A DNA stretch of 56,338 nt from Candidatus Saccharimonadales bacterium (GCA_038257245.1 JBBSJL010000004.1:1-56338); one strand, 5' to 3'. Counted from the first letter of the stretch, positions 26,578 to 38,805 are shown. Made by a program: numbers and translations. The notes: generated by a model from the sequence alone, not told the origin.

Positions 26578-27735
26578 ATGGTCGGCCCAAATTATTTTGA
26601 TTATGCAGCAGCAACTCCTCTAGACCCAAGGGCTCTAACTGTCATGGTCCCATATCTTGGAGATAATTTTTATAACCCTTCGGCTGGCTATTTGGCATCA
26701 AAGAGCGTGGCAAAGGAATTAAAGCAAGCCAGAAGTTCCATAGCGACCGTATTCGGGTGTAAACCAGTTGAAGTAATCTTCACTGCAGGTGGTACAGAGG
26801 CCAATAATTTAGCAATCGATGGGATTATGCAGCAGTTTCCGGGGTGCAATATCGTTACAAGCTCTATCGAACACGACTCGGTAATTGAGCCAGCAAGTAA
26901 GTATAGTCACACAACTATTAAATCAGATCAACTGGGCTACATTGACTTGGCAGATTTAGAAGCTCAGATTAATGATAAGACAGTTTTAGTTAGCGTAATG
27001 TATGCCAATAACGAAATCGGTACCATTCAGCCAATCAACGAGATTTCGGGTTTGGTTAGTGAGGTTCGTGCTAATAGGCTAAAAAGTAGCAATAAACTAC
27101 CAATATTTCTACATACGGATGCTAGTCAGGCCGGCAATTATCTATCGTTAAAAATCAATAGTTTGGGCGTAGACATGATGACCGTAAATGGAGGCAAGAT
27201 ATATGGGCCCAAGCAATCTGGTGTTTTATATCTCAGAGCCGGTATTGAGTTAATGCCAATAATCATGGGTGGAGGTCAAGAAAAAGGGCTTAGGAGTGGT
27301 AGCGAAAATGTTGCAGCCTGCATAGGGCTTGCTAAGGCATTGGAGCTTGCTACAAAAATGCAAAAAGCCGAACTGTCGAGAATTAGAAAACTCAATAAAC
27401 AACTAGCAAAAAATATAATTGATAACTTATCACAAGTTAAAATCAACGGTGGGAAAAAGCGTCTACCTAACATTATCCACTTAACTTTTACTGGCATAGA
27501 TAACGAAATGCTTATGATGAGTTTGGATGAAGCAGGTTTTGAAGTAGCTGTTGGTTCGGCTTGCGCAGCGAGCAACGACAAACCATCTCATGTTCTACAG
27601 GCCATTGGCTTGAGTGAGGAACAGGCCCAATCAAGTATTAGAATCTCTATGGGAAGATTTACTACACCAGCTTCGGTGGATAATTTGGCAAGTGAGCTAC
27701 AAAATAGCTTCAAGAGACTTGCAACCACCCGGTAG
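26578..27735 (+). CDS. Cysteine desulfurase (class V aminotransferase, NifS/IscS-like)
   Basis: FTAGGTEANNLA, HTDASQA, the PLP-Lys region VNGGKIYGPK and the catalytic Cys loop VGSACAAS fit this family. Confidence 0.85.
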   Translation: MVGPNYFDYAAATPLDPRALTVMVPYLGDNFYNPSAGYLASKSVAKELKQARSSIATVFGCKPVEVIFTAGGTEANNLAIDGIMQQFPGCNIVTSSIEHDSVIEPASKYSHTTIKSDQLGYIDLADLEAQINDKTVLVSVMYANNEIGTIQPINEISGLVSEVRANRLKSSNKLPIFLHTDASQAGNYLSLKINSLGVDMMTVNGGKIYGPKQSGVLYLRAGIELMPIIMGGGQEKGLRSGSENVAACIGLAKALELATKMQKAELSRIRKLNKQLAKNIIDNLSQVKINGGKKRLPNIIHLTFTGIDNEMLMMSLDEAGFEVAVGSACAASNDKPSHVLQAIGLSEEQAQSSIRISMGRFTTPASVDNLASELQNSFKRLATTR

Positions 27736-27769
27736 TGCGCTATACTGTTAAAGTATATAACTAATAATA

Positions 27770-28618
27770 ATGTCAAAGACAAAAATAAAACAATTAATAT
27801 CATGGCAGCGGTTATCAGCTATTTTAGCGCTGATTTTTTTGGTTTTACTTAGTAGCGGTAGTCTTTTATTCGCGCAGGCAGTGACACAAGGATTTGGCTC
27901 GGATACTGACCTCCAAAAAGGCATGGTAGTACAGTTAGTTAAAGAAGATACTTCAAAGGTTGAACCAGTAAACTTAGAAAGTATCGAACAGATGTATGGA
28001 GTGGTAGTAGATGCAAATGATGCACCAGTTACTCTTTCTAACGAAGGTAGGAAGATATTTGTAGCAACCGTGGGGCCGTTTGATGTTTTGGTTAGTAACC
28101 AGAATGGTCCGATTAGTCCTAGCGATTATCTAACTATTTCTTCGGTAGAAGGTGTAGCCATGAAGGCGGGCGATTCACAACCTATTGTGGTCGGTCGGGC
28201 TCTAGAAGGGTTTGACGGCAGTAGTGACGTTGTCGGTAGTACGTCAGTAACAGACAACCTAGGTGCTACAAAAGACGTAAAATTTGCAAGAATTAGTGCC
28301 GACATTAGTGTATCTAGGAATCCTCTATTAAGGGGCGAGACAGCCAACGTACCGGAATTTCTGAAAAAGGCTTCAGAAGCGGTTGCGGGAAAACCGGTGG
28401 CAGCTACTAGAATTTACCTAGCAGTATTTGTTTTTTTGGTGAGCACCATTGCGGCGGGAAGTTTACTCTATGCAGGGGTCAGAAACGGCTTAATATCCAT
28501 AGGACGTAATCCTCTGAGCAAAAAATCAATCATTAGAGGAATGTTCCAAGTCATATTAACAGGATTAATAATTTTCATTACGGGGCTTTTTGCGGTATAT
28601 TTATTACTAAAGCTTTAA
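27770..28618 (+). CDS. Signal-anchored protein with a 200-aa extracytoplasmic domain and a C-terminal two-helix hairpin resembling an F-type ATPase c subunit (no carboxylate)
   Basis: The C-terminus is IYLAVFVFLVSTIAAGSLLYAGVRNGLISIGRNPLSKKSIIRGMFQVILTGLIIFITGLFAVYLLL. It reads as a Gly/Ala helix, a polar R-N-P loop and a second helix. It lies immediately upstream of atpF. Confidence 0.6.
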   Translation: MSKTKIKQLISWQRLSAILALIFLVLLSSGSLLFAQAVTQGFGSDTDLQKGMVVQLVKEDTSKVEPVNLESIEQMYGVVVDANDAPVTLSNEGRKIFVATVGPFDVLVSNQNGPISPSDYLTISSVEGVAMKAGDSQPIVVGRALEGFDGSSDVVGSTSVTDNLGATKDVKFARISADISVSRNPLLRGETANVPEFLKKASEAVAGKPVAATRIYLAVFVFLVSTIAAGSLLYAGVRNGLISIGRNPLSKKSIIRGMFQVILTGLIIFITGLFAVYLLLKL

Positions 28619-28646
28619 CATTTTATTAAGGGGTGGGTGATATCTA

Positions 28647-29267
28647 GTGGAAGCGTGGGCATTAGGATTAATATTGAGCAGTATACTAGCTGCAACGGTC
28701 GCATTTGTTTGGCTTGCGTCTAAATTAAGTGGTGGCAAAGCAGGCAAAAACTCCAACGATGCCTTTACCGAACAGGCAGAAAAAGATGTCGAGCATATCT
28801 TTAATGAAGAATTTCGTGAAGAACTTCGCAATAGAGGTAGATTACATTTCGAGAAGATTATTGGCGAAAACGCTATGTTCTTGCAACAAGATTTGCGCTT
28901 AACTACATCTCAGTTAAATGAGTATATGAAAACTGAAATTACTCGAAAACTTCAAGAAGAGTTTTCCAAATACGAAGAATCTATTACTGATGCTAAAGAG
29001 CTAGCGATAGATTCGATAAATAAAACCCAAGAAGCCATAGAGCAACAACGTAAGATGATGACCCAGCAGCTCAGCCAAGAGTTAGCTAATGAAAAAGCTC
29101 GTCTAGTAAAAAGATTCGAAGAAAACATGGCAGACATAGTTAATCACTACGTTTTGGCAGCCATTGGCGATCAGATTGACCTGAATGACCAATTAGAATT
29201 TATTCTGACAGATCTTGATGCCAATAAAGAAGCCATAATAAGAGATATTACTGATGGAGCAGGATAA
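28647..29267 (+). CDS. atpF: F-type ATP synthase subunit b-like stator protein
   Basis: GTG start with an AAGGGGTGGGTGA SD. One N-terminal TM is followed by a long charged coiled coil. It occupies the position before atpH. Confidence 0.65.
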   Translation: MEAWALGLILSSILAATVAFVWLASKLSGGKAGKNSNDAFTEQAEKDVEHIFNEEFREELRNRGRLHFEKIIGENAMFLQQDLRLTTSQLNEYMKTEITRKLQEEFSKYEESITDAKELAIDSINKTQEAIEQQRKMMTQQLSQELANEKARLVKRFEENMADIVNHYVLAAIGDQIDLNDQLEFILTDLDANKEAIIRDITDGAG

Positions 29268-29763
29268 CTCCATACTGTCATTACCAACGGCCGTAACGGG
29301 TCGTATGGATGTTGGGCGATTGGCTCGTGAGGTCGAAGCATTAGATAACTTTTTAGAGCAAGCTAATGTCAGAAAGCCCGGCACCGCTATTCAAATGCCT
29401 AAAACTAGCAGAATATTAGATGAGATTCTAGAACACAACAAGATCAATGCCCTTGTCGATGCAGACAGGCAAAGATTGTTAAACTTCTTAATTACCGTTA
29501 GGGCCAAAGCACCGATTTTGCATATGAGTTTTAGCGCTGATCCCTCACCAATTTTTACTCAAAAGTTAGTAGTGTGGTTACGTGAAAACATTCATCCTTT
29601 GGTGCTGATTCAGATTGGGCTACAGCCCAATATTGGGGCAGGCTGTGTAATACGTTCAACAAATAAGTATTTTGATTTAAGTTTGCGTCAGCACTTTGCT
29701 AAACAACAGGAGCTGCTAATGCTTAAAATTCATGGCGCAACGTCCAGCGAGGTTCCGAAGTAA
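29254..29763 (+). CDS. atpH: F-type ATP synthase subunit delta (OSCP)-like
   Basis: The C-terminal LQPNIGAGCVIRSTNKYFDLSLRQHF resembles the delta consensus dp.liGG..v..gd...D.S.r. The gene order also fits. Confidence 0.65.
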   Translation: MEQDNSILSLPTAVTGRMDVGRLAREVEALDNFLEQANVRKPGTAIQMPKTSRILDEILEHNKINALVDADRQRLLNFLITVRAKAPILHMSFSADPSPIFTQKLVVWLRENIHPLVLIQIGLQPNIGAGCVIRSTNKYFDLSLRQHFAKQQELLMLKIHGATSSEVPK

Positions 29764-31189
29764 TGGCTAGTGGCAACCAACATTTTGATAAACTTGTGGC
29801 TAACGGCAACCCCGTAGGTGAAGTCATTGCTGTAGATAATTTCTTACTACGAGTTCACGGTTTGCAACCCTGCAACATACACTCTCTGGTTATGTTTGAG
29901 GATGGGAGTAAGGGTTTTGTGCATCAGATAGCAAATGATCATGTGGTAATCCTTCACCTAGGTACCGACAAGCTACAAATAGGTATGGTAGCTGTCGTTC
30001 AGCACGAAGAGTTAGTTTGTAAAGTCGGGAAAGATTATATTGGTCGAGTTATTAGCGTTACTGGCGAACCACTTGACGGTAAGGGGCCGATTGCGGCCGA
30101 CTCGGTCTGGGGAGTATTTAATACAGCTCCACCACTTTATGAGCGTAAATTACTAGATACTCAGCTAGAGAGTGGTGTTACAGCTATTGATGCACTATTC
30201 CCGGTTGTAAGGGGTCAAAGAATGGCCTTGCTTGGTGATAGTAAATCTGGCAAAAGCACCCTAGCAACACAGTTAACAATTAATCAGAAGAACACTGACC
30301 AAGTAGTGGTTTATGTATTGATTGCAAAACGAAGAAGTGACATCGATACTTTATTAACTAGACTGCAAGAGACGGAGTCTCTACAGAAAGCCATCGTGGT
30401 AGTTTCCACGATGTTTGAATCATTAATTATGAGTTATATTGCGCCTTATGTTGGCTGTGCAATGGCTGAGTACTTATGGCAAGTTTTGGGTCAAGACACG
30501 ATAATTATCTACGATGACTTAACTACTCATGCTCATGCGTACCGAGAAGTAGCTCTAATGTCTGGAGTTAGCCCAGGGCGTGATTCATATCCTGGTGATA
30601 TGTTTTTCGCTCATTCGAGCCTGCTAGAAAGAGCTGGGCGACTAGACAGAAATGGGGCCCACCTGACGAGTGTTCCTATTATTAATGCTGCAGGTGGTGA
30701 CATCACAGCCTATCTACCAACAAATGTTATGTCAATTACAGACGGGCAGTGGATATTAGATATGGATATTTTCCGAAATGGTATCCGTCCAGCTGTCAAT
30801 ATGGGCTTATCAGTTACTCGTGTCGGTGGCGTTGGTCACAATAAACGACAGAAAGGACTGGCTGCAAAAACACTAAAAACTTTGGCACTATATCGGCAGG
30901 CAGAAGAGTTTTCTCACTTTGGATCTGAACTTGCTCTAGAATCAAAAAAGGCTCTGGAGACCGGTAAACATATATTCGAGCTTTTAACACAGTCCCCTTC
31001 AGATACTTACTCATTGATTGGCCAACAGCTTATGATGGATATTATTCTAAATCTCGAAGATGGAGTTGTGCTAGACATAAGTGCCATGAAGCTTAAGGTG
31101 GCAGAATTTGCCGCCAAGGTTGAAACTGATGAGCAATTCGACAAAGTACGCGATGAACTCAAGTCAGTCAGTCAGGTGGAATTAAAACG

Positions 31190-31193
<4 letters not shown>
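29763..31193 (+). CDS. atpA: F-type ATP synthase subunit alpha (divergent)
   Basis: The P-loop is GDSKSGKST. IIYDDLTTHAHAYREV, PGRDSYPGDMFFAHSSLLERA, PTNVMSITDGQ and RPAVNMGLSVTRVG are also present. Confidence 0.9.
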
Positions 31194-33351
<2,158 letters not shown>

Positions 33352-33367
33352 CGTATGATTGAATAGT

Positions 33368-33688
33368 ATGGCAGACGAAGTAGTCCCACCAGCAGCCCAA
33401 GACAGTAAACCAGCAATCAAAGAAAAGGTTGATACGGGTGATTCAGATCACATGCACATTAAAGTTTACGCTCCGTTCAAGGTTTATTTTGATGGAATTG
33501 CAACCAGCATTTCAGCCGCAAACGATACGGGGCCCTTTGATATATTGCCGGGGCACCACAACTTCATGACTTTAATAAGCCAAGGCGAGGTAATTGTCCG
33601 AACAGACAAAGGCGAAGAAAAGTTTAAAATATCTCACGGTATTATGCATGTAAAAGCCGATGACGTTGTAGTCTTTCTAGACGTTTAA
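33368..33688 (+). CDS. atpC: F-type ATP synthase subunit epsilon (beta-sandwich only)
   Basis: HIKVYAPFKVYFDG...GPFDILPGHHNFMTLISQGEVIV fits epsilon. There is no C-terminal helical hairpin. I chose ATG at 33368; the track starts at TTG 33359. Confidence 0.75.
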   Translation: MADEVVPPAAQDSKPAIKEKVDTGDSDHMHIKVYAPFKVYFDGIATSISAANDTGPFDILPGHHNFMTLISQGEVIVRTDKGEEKFKISHGIMHVKADDVVVFLDV

Positions 33689-33692
33689 GGAT

Positions 33693-34661
33693 CTATTCAA
33701 TTACGATGTAGTCAAAGCTAAATGAAGTTCCTGGAGACGCAGGATTAATAGTGCATATACTAAATCCACTACTGGATCGGTCAATGTAATAGCCAAGCCC
33801 AGCAGCCGCGCCGCCTACGGGCGTCACAACAACATGTGGTGTGGAATTAAAACCATTAGTAAATGAAATAGCCACGAAACAACCAGCACTTGGTCCACCA
33901 CCGATGTTAATATTGACCGTACCTGCTGTATCTGTACCGCTATTAGATGCCGTTCCACCAGAACCTAGCGCTGCACCATTGGATTTTCCGGGGGTGCCAC
34001 CACCAGCATCAATGTGCCGACTGAATTGTAAATCGCCACTAATTTGTAAACTTCCTGTCGAAACTACTGGGGCTGAAATACCACCACCGAATGATCCGCC
34101 ACCAGAAACAGTCAGATTTTTCTCGACAGTTAATTGGCCTTGAACACTTACATCGCCAGATACAGATAATTTGTTAGCTTGAATTTGATCAAAGCTACCT
34201 TGGCCAGATACCGTAATTCCTGGCAGGCTCAATGTTCCACCTACTTTAATTGTGCCTGCTACATCAATACTATCGCGGAACAGAGCTTTACCAGTAAATA
34301 TAGTATTGGATTCTATATTTAACGTTTGTTTTGGATCTCCAACTTTTGTAGCACTGTTACTGAGCTCTTGTATCTGTTCTTGAGTTAGCGACTGCGTGTC
34401 GATTGTTGTAGTAGTTTCGACTTTTTTATTACGCTGAATGCCTACGAACACTATCCCGGCTGTTAAGACCAGTATTAAAATAAACAAAAGCAAGTAAATG
34501 TTTATATGCGAAACTAAACCTTGAATTCGTTTACCAAAACTTACTTTTGGTTTTTCAGGTTTCTTATCACTGCCATCTCCGGGTTTGTTCGTATTTTCTA
34601 CTACTGTATCCGGATCTTCTAGTGAATCTAACTCGTTACTTTCTTTCTGTTCATTCTCCAT
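33693..34661 (-). CDS. Type II membrane-anchored surface protein with a Gly/Ser/Thr-rich beta-helix-like repeat region and a C-terminal beta-sandwich-like domain
   Basis: An acidic N-tail and the TM helix IYLLLFILILVLTAGIVFVGI are followed by repeated G.L.V.G..SV.G segments. The C-terminus is FNSTPHVVVTPVG..GYYIDRSSSGFSICT..SFSFDYIVIE. Confidence 0.65.
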   Translation of the reverse strand: MENEQKESNELDSLEDPDTVVENTNKPGDGSDKKPEKPKVSFGKRIQGLVSHINIYLLLFILILVLTAGIVFVGIQRNKKVETTTTIDTQSLTQEQIQELSNSATKVGDPKQTLNIESNTIFTGKALFRDSIDVAGTIKVGGTLSLPGITVSGQGSFDQIQANKLSVSGDVSVQGQLTVEKNLTVSGGGSFGGGISAPVVSTGSLQISGDLQFSRHIDAGGGTPGKSNGAALGSGGTASNSGTDTAGTVNINIGGGPSAGCFVAISFTNGFNSTPHVVVTPVGGAAAGLGYYIDRSSSGFSICTINPASPGTSFSFDYIVIE

Positions 34662-34792
34662 AAATACTTCAAAGCTTATGCTTTACTGATATATATCATA
34701 CTATGTATCTCTGAAAAACATAACCAAATTGTATTTAAATAACTAATTTGTGATAATAATTATGTTATGGATGCTTAAATCCAAGGGTTGCT

Positions 34793-35488
34793 ATGTCTAA
34801 TAAATACAAAATCGGAGTAAACCACGCTAGACAAAGGCGGTTTCTTCGCTCCGCCCGTGTGTTTATCATCATAGTAATTGTTTTACTTCTTATTGCAGGC
34901 TTATTTATTTTGATTGATGCAATATTGCAAAACCGAAAGGCAAACACGCCGTCCGAAGCTACCACGCCTGTGTCATCTTCCATCGCGCCAAGTATAGAAA
35001 TATTCACTTCTCCTTACTTTCAGTTTCAAACTGATAAGAATTGGCGTTTTATTGCCAACGAGTCCACAGGCACTAAGTTTGTGTACCGTCGTGGTACAGA
35101 TAATTTAGTTAGCGGCGACATGACAGTATATATTAATTCAGGCCCTGCTGATACTCAAGCAACCAGAGTATTGCCCGTCACCCTTCAGTCAGACCCCAAC
35201 AAGCTTAAAGCAAGTTTTGTTTCGGAACATTGTAGCAAAAACCTGGCCAAAGAGATCAGAGATACAACAGGCGAAATAACACTTACATTAAATTCTGTTA
35301 GATTTTTATGTGACGCTGACGGCACAAACTACACCATAATCGTTGGGTTAGAAAACGGTACTTTTTCCATGAATTTCAAACGACCAGACGGAACCAATGC
35401 CACCTACATTGTCTTTTTTAGAGACCTTCGATTTTCAGCGGAACCATCCGAATTCGAAACAATAATGAATTCATTTCAAATTCGCTAG
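34793..35488 (+). CDS. Hypothetical membrane-anchored extracytoplasmic protein
   Basis: A basic N-terminus and the TM helix VFIIIVIVLLLIAGLFILI are present. An AAGGG SD lies upstream. Confidence 0.6.
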   Translation: MSNKYKIGVNHARQRRFLRSARVFIIIVIVLLLIAGLFILIDAILQNRKANTPSEATTPVSSSIAPSIEIFTSPYFQFQTDKNWRFIANESTGTKFVYRRGTDNLVSGDMTVYINSGPADTQATRVLPVTLQSDPNKLKASFVSEHCSKNLAKEIRDTTGEITLTLNSVRFLCDADGTNYTIIVGLENGTFSMNFKRPDGTNATYIVFFRDLRFSAEPSEFETIMNSFQIR

Positions 35489-35524
35489 CAACAAAATAAT
35501 TATCTTTATGCTAATATTTATAAG

Positions 35525-36295
35525 ATGAGAATAAAAGCTCTTTGGTTGTTGATATTTGCGTTTATATTCACTGTTAGTGGCACCACTGTGCTAGCTCAAC
35601 AATCATCCTCTACAAACTACCGGGTTGATGAAACATTTTTTGGTTCTGGAGGTGAACTAGATGCAAGCAGTGCGACATATCGAGCCCAGCAATCAGCTGG
35701 CGGCCTAGGCGTTGGCTATACCTCAAGTACGAGTTACGACGTAAATGGAGGTTTTCTAACTCAAAACAATGCTTACCTGGAAATGTCAGTAGAAAACGTA
35801 ACCGTTGATTTTGGAACTCTTTCCCCCTCCAGTACTTCATCGGGTGCCGCACAAGGCGGCGTATGCAACTGCTCGTTCATCGTCAGAACATATGTGTCAT
35901 CACAATACGTTGTCTATTCAATAAGTGATCCACCTACTAATGAAAGTGGTGACATACTGACGGCCAAGTCAGTACAGGGGTTACCGTCAGTTGATCAAAA
36001 TGTAGAAGAATTTGGCATGAATGTGGTTGCAAATACAACTCCGGCAATAGGAGCTGACCCTACTAATTATCCGGATAATACTTTTGCAGATGGACAAGCT
36101 GGCTCGGGGTATGAAATAACCGATCAGTTCAAATATGCCAAGGATGATATTATCGCCAGGTCGCAAGCGTCAGCCGGTAACCCTGCAACCGGTAGAACCG
36201 ATTACACGATCTCCTACATTGCCAAGATCAATAACATTACCGCCGCTGGTCTGTATACAATGAACCAAACTCTAGTGACTGTACCTACTTACTAA
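35525..36295 (+). CDS. Secreted protein, paralog family member 1 (short form), C-terminal motif GLYTMNQTLVTVPTY
   Basis: The signal peptide ends VLA/QQ. It shares the FGMNVVANTTP block and the C-terminal strand with the next two genes. An extended -10 box (TGcTAATAT) lies 7 nt before the ATG. Confidence 0.7.
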   Translation: MRIKALWLLIFAFIFTVSGTTVLAQQSSSTNYRVDETFFGSGGELDASSATYRAQQSAGGLGVGYTSSTSYDVNGGFLTQNNAYLEMSVENVTVDFGTLSPSSTSSGAAQGGVCNCSFIVRTYVSSQYVVYSISDPPTNESGDILTAKSVQGLPSVDQNVEEFGMNVVANTTPAIGADPTNYPDNTFADGQAGSGYEITDQFKYAKDDIIARSQASAGNPATGRTDYTISYIAKINNITAAGLYTMNQTLVTVPTY

Positions 36296-36316
36296 TTATC
36301 CACTCCCTGTGGATAA
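36296..36316 (+). terminator. Hairpin after paralog 1 (possible attenuating terminator; no T-tract)
   Basis: The hairpin is TTATCCAC-tccct-GTGGATAA, a perfect 8-bp stem. Confidence 0.3.
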
Positions 36317-36332
36317 ACATAAGTGTAATTAG

Positions 36333-36361
36333 TTGCTTATGGTTACGAATAATGGTATAAA
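36333..36361 (+). promoter_or_regulatory. Sigma70-like promoter of paralog 2 (TTGCTT-17 nt-TATAAA)
   Basis: The hexamers and the 17-nt spacer were read directly. They are followed by an A-rich leader of about 50 nt and an AAAGGAG SD. Confidence 0.45.
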
Positions 36362-36411
36362 TCTAAGGCAATCAACCAAAACAAAAAACAATTTAAAAAG
36401 GAGAATATATT

Positions 36412-37701
36412 ATGAAGCAAACTCTTCATAGGCTTGACTATAGGAAAAGTATGTCCAGAATGTTGCAAATTGCAGCAGCCGGAATGTTACTGACCGCAAG
36501 TATTGCCCAAATTATTGGGTTTCAAAGTGCCGAAGCAGCACAGATGGGGTCACGCAAGGTCACAATCAGTGATTCTGAAATAAGCGCCACAGGCGTAGAC
36601 TATACCTTCACCTTCACTACAGCTACATCAGCTGCTATTCAAGGTGTAAGGTTACAGTTTTGTGACACACCACTAGGTACATGTAACGCTGTTTCAGGCG
36701 TGTCTGTAGCTACTGCTGACGCAACCGCTGCCACACAGACCTGGACTAATGCAGGTGACATAGATGACAACGGTAGCTTAGACGAAGGTGACTGTACAGA
36801 AGCAACTAACTCTGCATTTGAAATATGCTTAGAGCGAGCAAACGCAACTGCCGAAGCCGCAGCCTCTAAAGTATTTACACTAAATACAGTAACTAACGCA
36901 GACGCTCAAGACACAGTATATGTACGTATCGCTACTTATAGTGATACAGCATTTGCTACTTTAGTCGACAGCGGTATCGTTGCAGCCGCAATGGTTCGAC
37001 AACTAACAGTTAATGGCCGCGTTCAGGAACGTCTAGAATTCTGTGTATCAGCAATCGATGACGCTGCTGCACTGCCAGCAAACTGTACTGCAATGGGTTC
37101 AAACACCACTATAGACTTAGGTGTAATCGATAATTCATCGGTTAAAATAGCACCGCAAAACGATGCTACTCCAAGTGACGGAGCAAACGATGACTATGGC
37201 ATAGCCATGATTAACACCAACGCTTCTAGTGGCGTAGTGCTAACCTACTTCCCAGAAGCTGCCGCTACAGGAACAAACGAACTGCGATCTTTCCGTGTTA
37301 CAGGTGCTACATGTAATGTTTCCGGTACTGACGTAACTGACCAGTGTTTCCAAGACGCAACACCTAACAACACTGCAGATGTTTTCGCAGCTGGAACAGA
37401 ACGATTTGGAATGGTAGTCCCATGTGTTGACAATACACAAGGTACAACCACTAACCTTACTACAGTTCCTACAGCCTATAACGGTGACGACAACGACGTA
37501 ACTTTTGCTGGTGACTGTGAGAACGAAGCAGAAACAGAATTTGCTTGGAATGATTCAGCTACAGCTGCAACGCTAGCTAGCTCATCAAACGTTGTTGACG
37601 ACGAAATAGTTAAGCTACGATTCGCAGCTACAGCTAGCGCAACGACACCAACAGGTTCATACACAGTAACTACTACTTATATTGCTACACCTACTTTCTA
37701 A
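36412..37701 (+). CDS. Secreted Ala/Thr/Asp-rich protein, paralog family member 2 (candidate major subunit), C-terminal motif GSYTVTTTYIATPTF
   Basis: The signal peptide ends AEA/AQ. Ten Cys occur in apparent pairs. It is homologous block by block to 37747-38805. Confidence 0.7.
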   Translation: MKQTLHRLDYRKSMSRMLQIAAAGMLLTASIAQIIGFQSAEAAQMGSRKVTISDSEISATGVDYTFTFTTATSAAIQGVRLQFCDTPLGTCNAVSGVSVATADATAATQTWTNAGDIDDNGSLDEGDCTEATNSAFEICLERANATAEAAASKVFTLNTVTNADAQDTVYVRIATYSDTAFATLVDSGIVAAAMVRQLTVNGRVQERLEFCVSAIDDAAALPANCTAMGSNTTIDLGVIDNSSVKIAPQNDATPSDGANDDYGIAMINTNASSGVVLTYFPEAAATGTNELRSFRVTGATCNVSGTDVTDQCFQDATPNNTADVFAAGTERFGMVVPCVDNTQGTTTNLTTVPTAYNGDDNDVTFAGDCENEAETEFAWNDSATAATLASSSNVVDDEIVKLRFAATASATTPTGSYTVTTTYIATPTF

Positions 37702-37746
37702 GTAAACGTAGAAACAAAAGCAATAAACTAGTACAATTACAAGCAT

Positions 37747-38805
37747 ATGCGAGGGCCGACAAACAAATACTGGTTACGATATGCAACAATGACGCTACTT
37801 ATAATAGTAGCGTCATTTGTTAATTTATTAATTCCACTGAAGGCAGGCGCTGCTGAGTTAACTAGTAGATCAATAGTCGTAGCTTCAAGTGTTTCCAGCG
37901 CATTAACTAATCACAGATATAACTTCAGAGTTAACGGCGCGATTACTATCGGGTCGTTAGAGATCGAGTACTGTACAAATACACCCTTAATTGGAGCACC
38001 TTGTGTCGCACCTGCAGGCTTTAGCTTAGTTTCATCATCTATGGGGGCACAAACAGGTTTAACAGGTTTTTCTATACATCCAAGTACCACAACGAATAGG
38101 CTTATTCTTGGCAGAACTCCGTCGGGGGTTGTGCCGCCGACCACAGCTGCGATTACAGTTAATAGTATCAATAACCCCAGTACACCAAATCAAGCAGTAT
38201 TTGTTCGCATAAGTACATTCGCCACTAATAATGCTACTGGGATTAGGGGTGATAACGGATCTGTTGTCTTCGCCACTACCAGGTCATTAAATGTTAGCGG
38301 CTTTGTACCACCGTATTTAACATTTTGTGTCGGCAATACTGTGGCAGCAGATTGTTCCAGCGCGACTGGTAACTATCTGGATTTTGGTGAACTTACAAAC
38401 CTAACCACCAGAACAGTTACCAGTCAATTTGCTGCGGCAACGAATGATAATACTGGCTATGTCGCAACCGTATCGGGACTTACTTTGATTTCAGGAAATA
38501 ATATAATCCCTGGGCTAGTAACACCTACAGTGAGTTTACCCGGAACATCACAGTTTGGTATTAATTTGCGTGCCAATTCGTCGCCTGTCGTTGGTACTGA
38601 CAAAACAGGCGTTGGTACAGGAGTTCCAGCTGCTGCATTCAATACACCCAATAACTATGCTTTTCAGAATGGTAATATTGTAAGTTCACCAAAATCTACG
38701 GATTTTAACGTTTTTACGGTAACCTATATTGCTAATGTAGCCCCAAATCAGCCACCAGGTATCTATATATCAACATTTACCTTTATTGCAACGGTGTCAT
38801 TTTAA
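37747..38805 (+). CDS. Secreted protein, paralog family member 3, C-terminal motif GIYISTFTFIATVSF
   Basis: The signal peptide ends AGA/AE. It shares these blocks with 36412-37701: EYCTNTPLIGAPC versus QFCDTPLGTC, VFVRISTFAT versus VYVRIATYSD, and SQFGINL versus ERFGMVV. Confidence 0.7.
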   Translation: MRGPTNKYWLRYATMTLLIIVASFVNLLIPLKAGAAELTSRSIVVASSVSSALTNHRYNFRVNGAITIGSLEIEYCTNTPLIGAPCVAPAGFSLVSSSMGAQTGLTGFSIHPSTTTNRLILGRTPSGVVPPTTAAITVNSINNPSTPNQAVFVRISTFATNNATGIRGDNGSVVFATTRSLNVSGFVPPYLTFCVGNTVAADCSSATGNYLDFGELTNLTTRTVTSQFAAATNDNTGYVATVSGLTLISGNNIIPGLVTPTVSLPGTSQFGINLRANSSPVVGTDKTGVGTGVPAAAFNTPNNYAFQNGNIVSSPKSTDFNVFTVTYIANVAPNQPPGIYISTFTFIATVSF

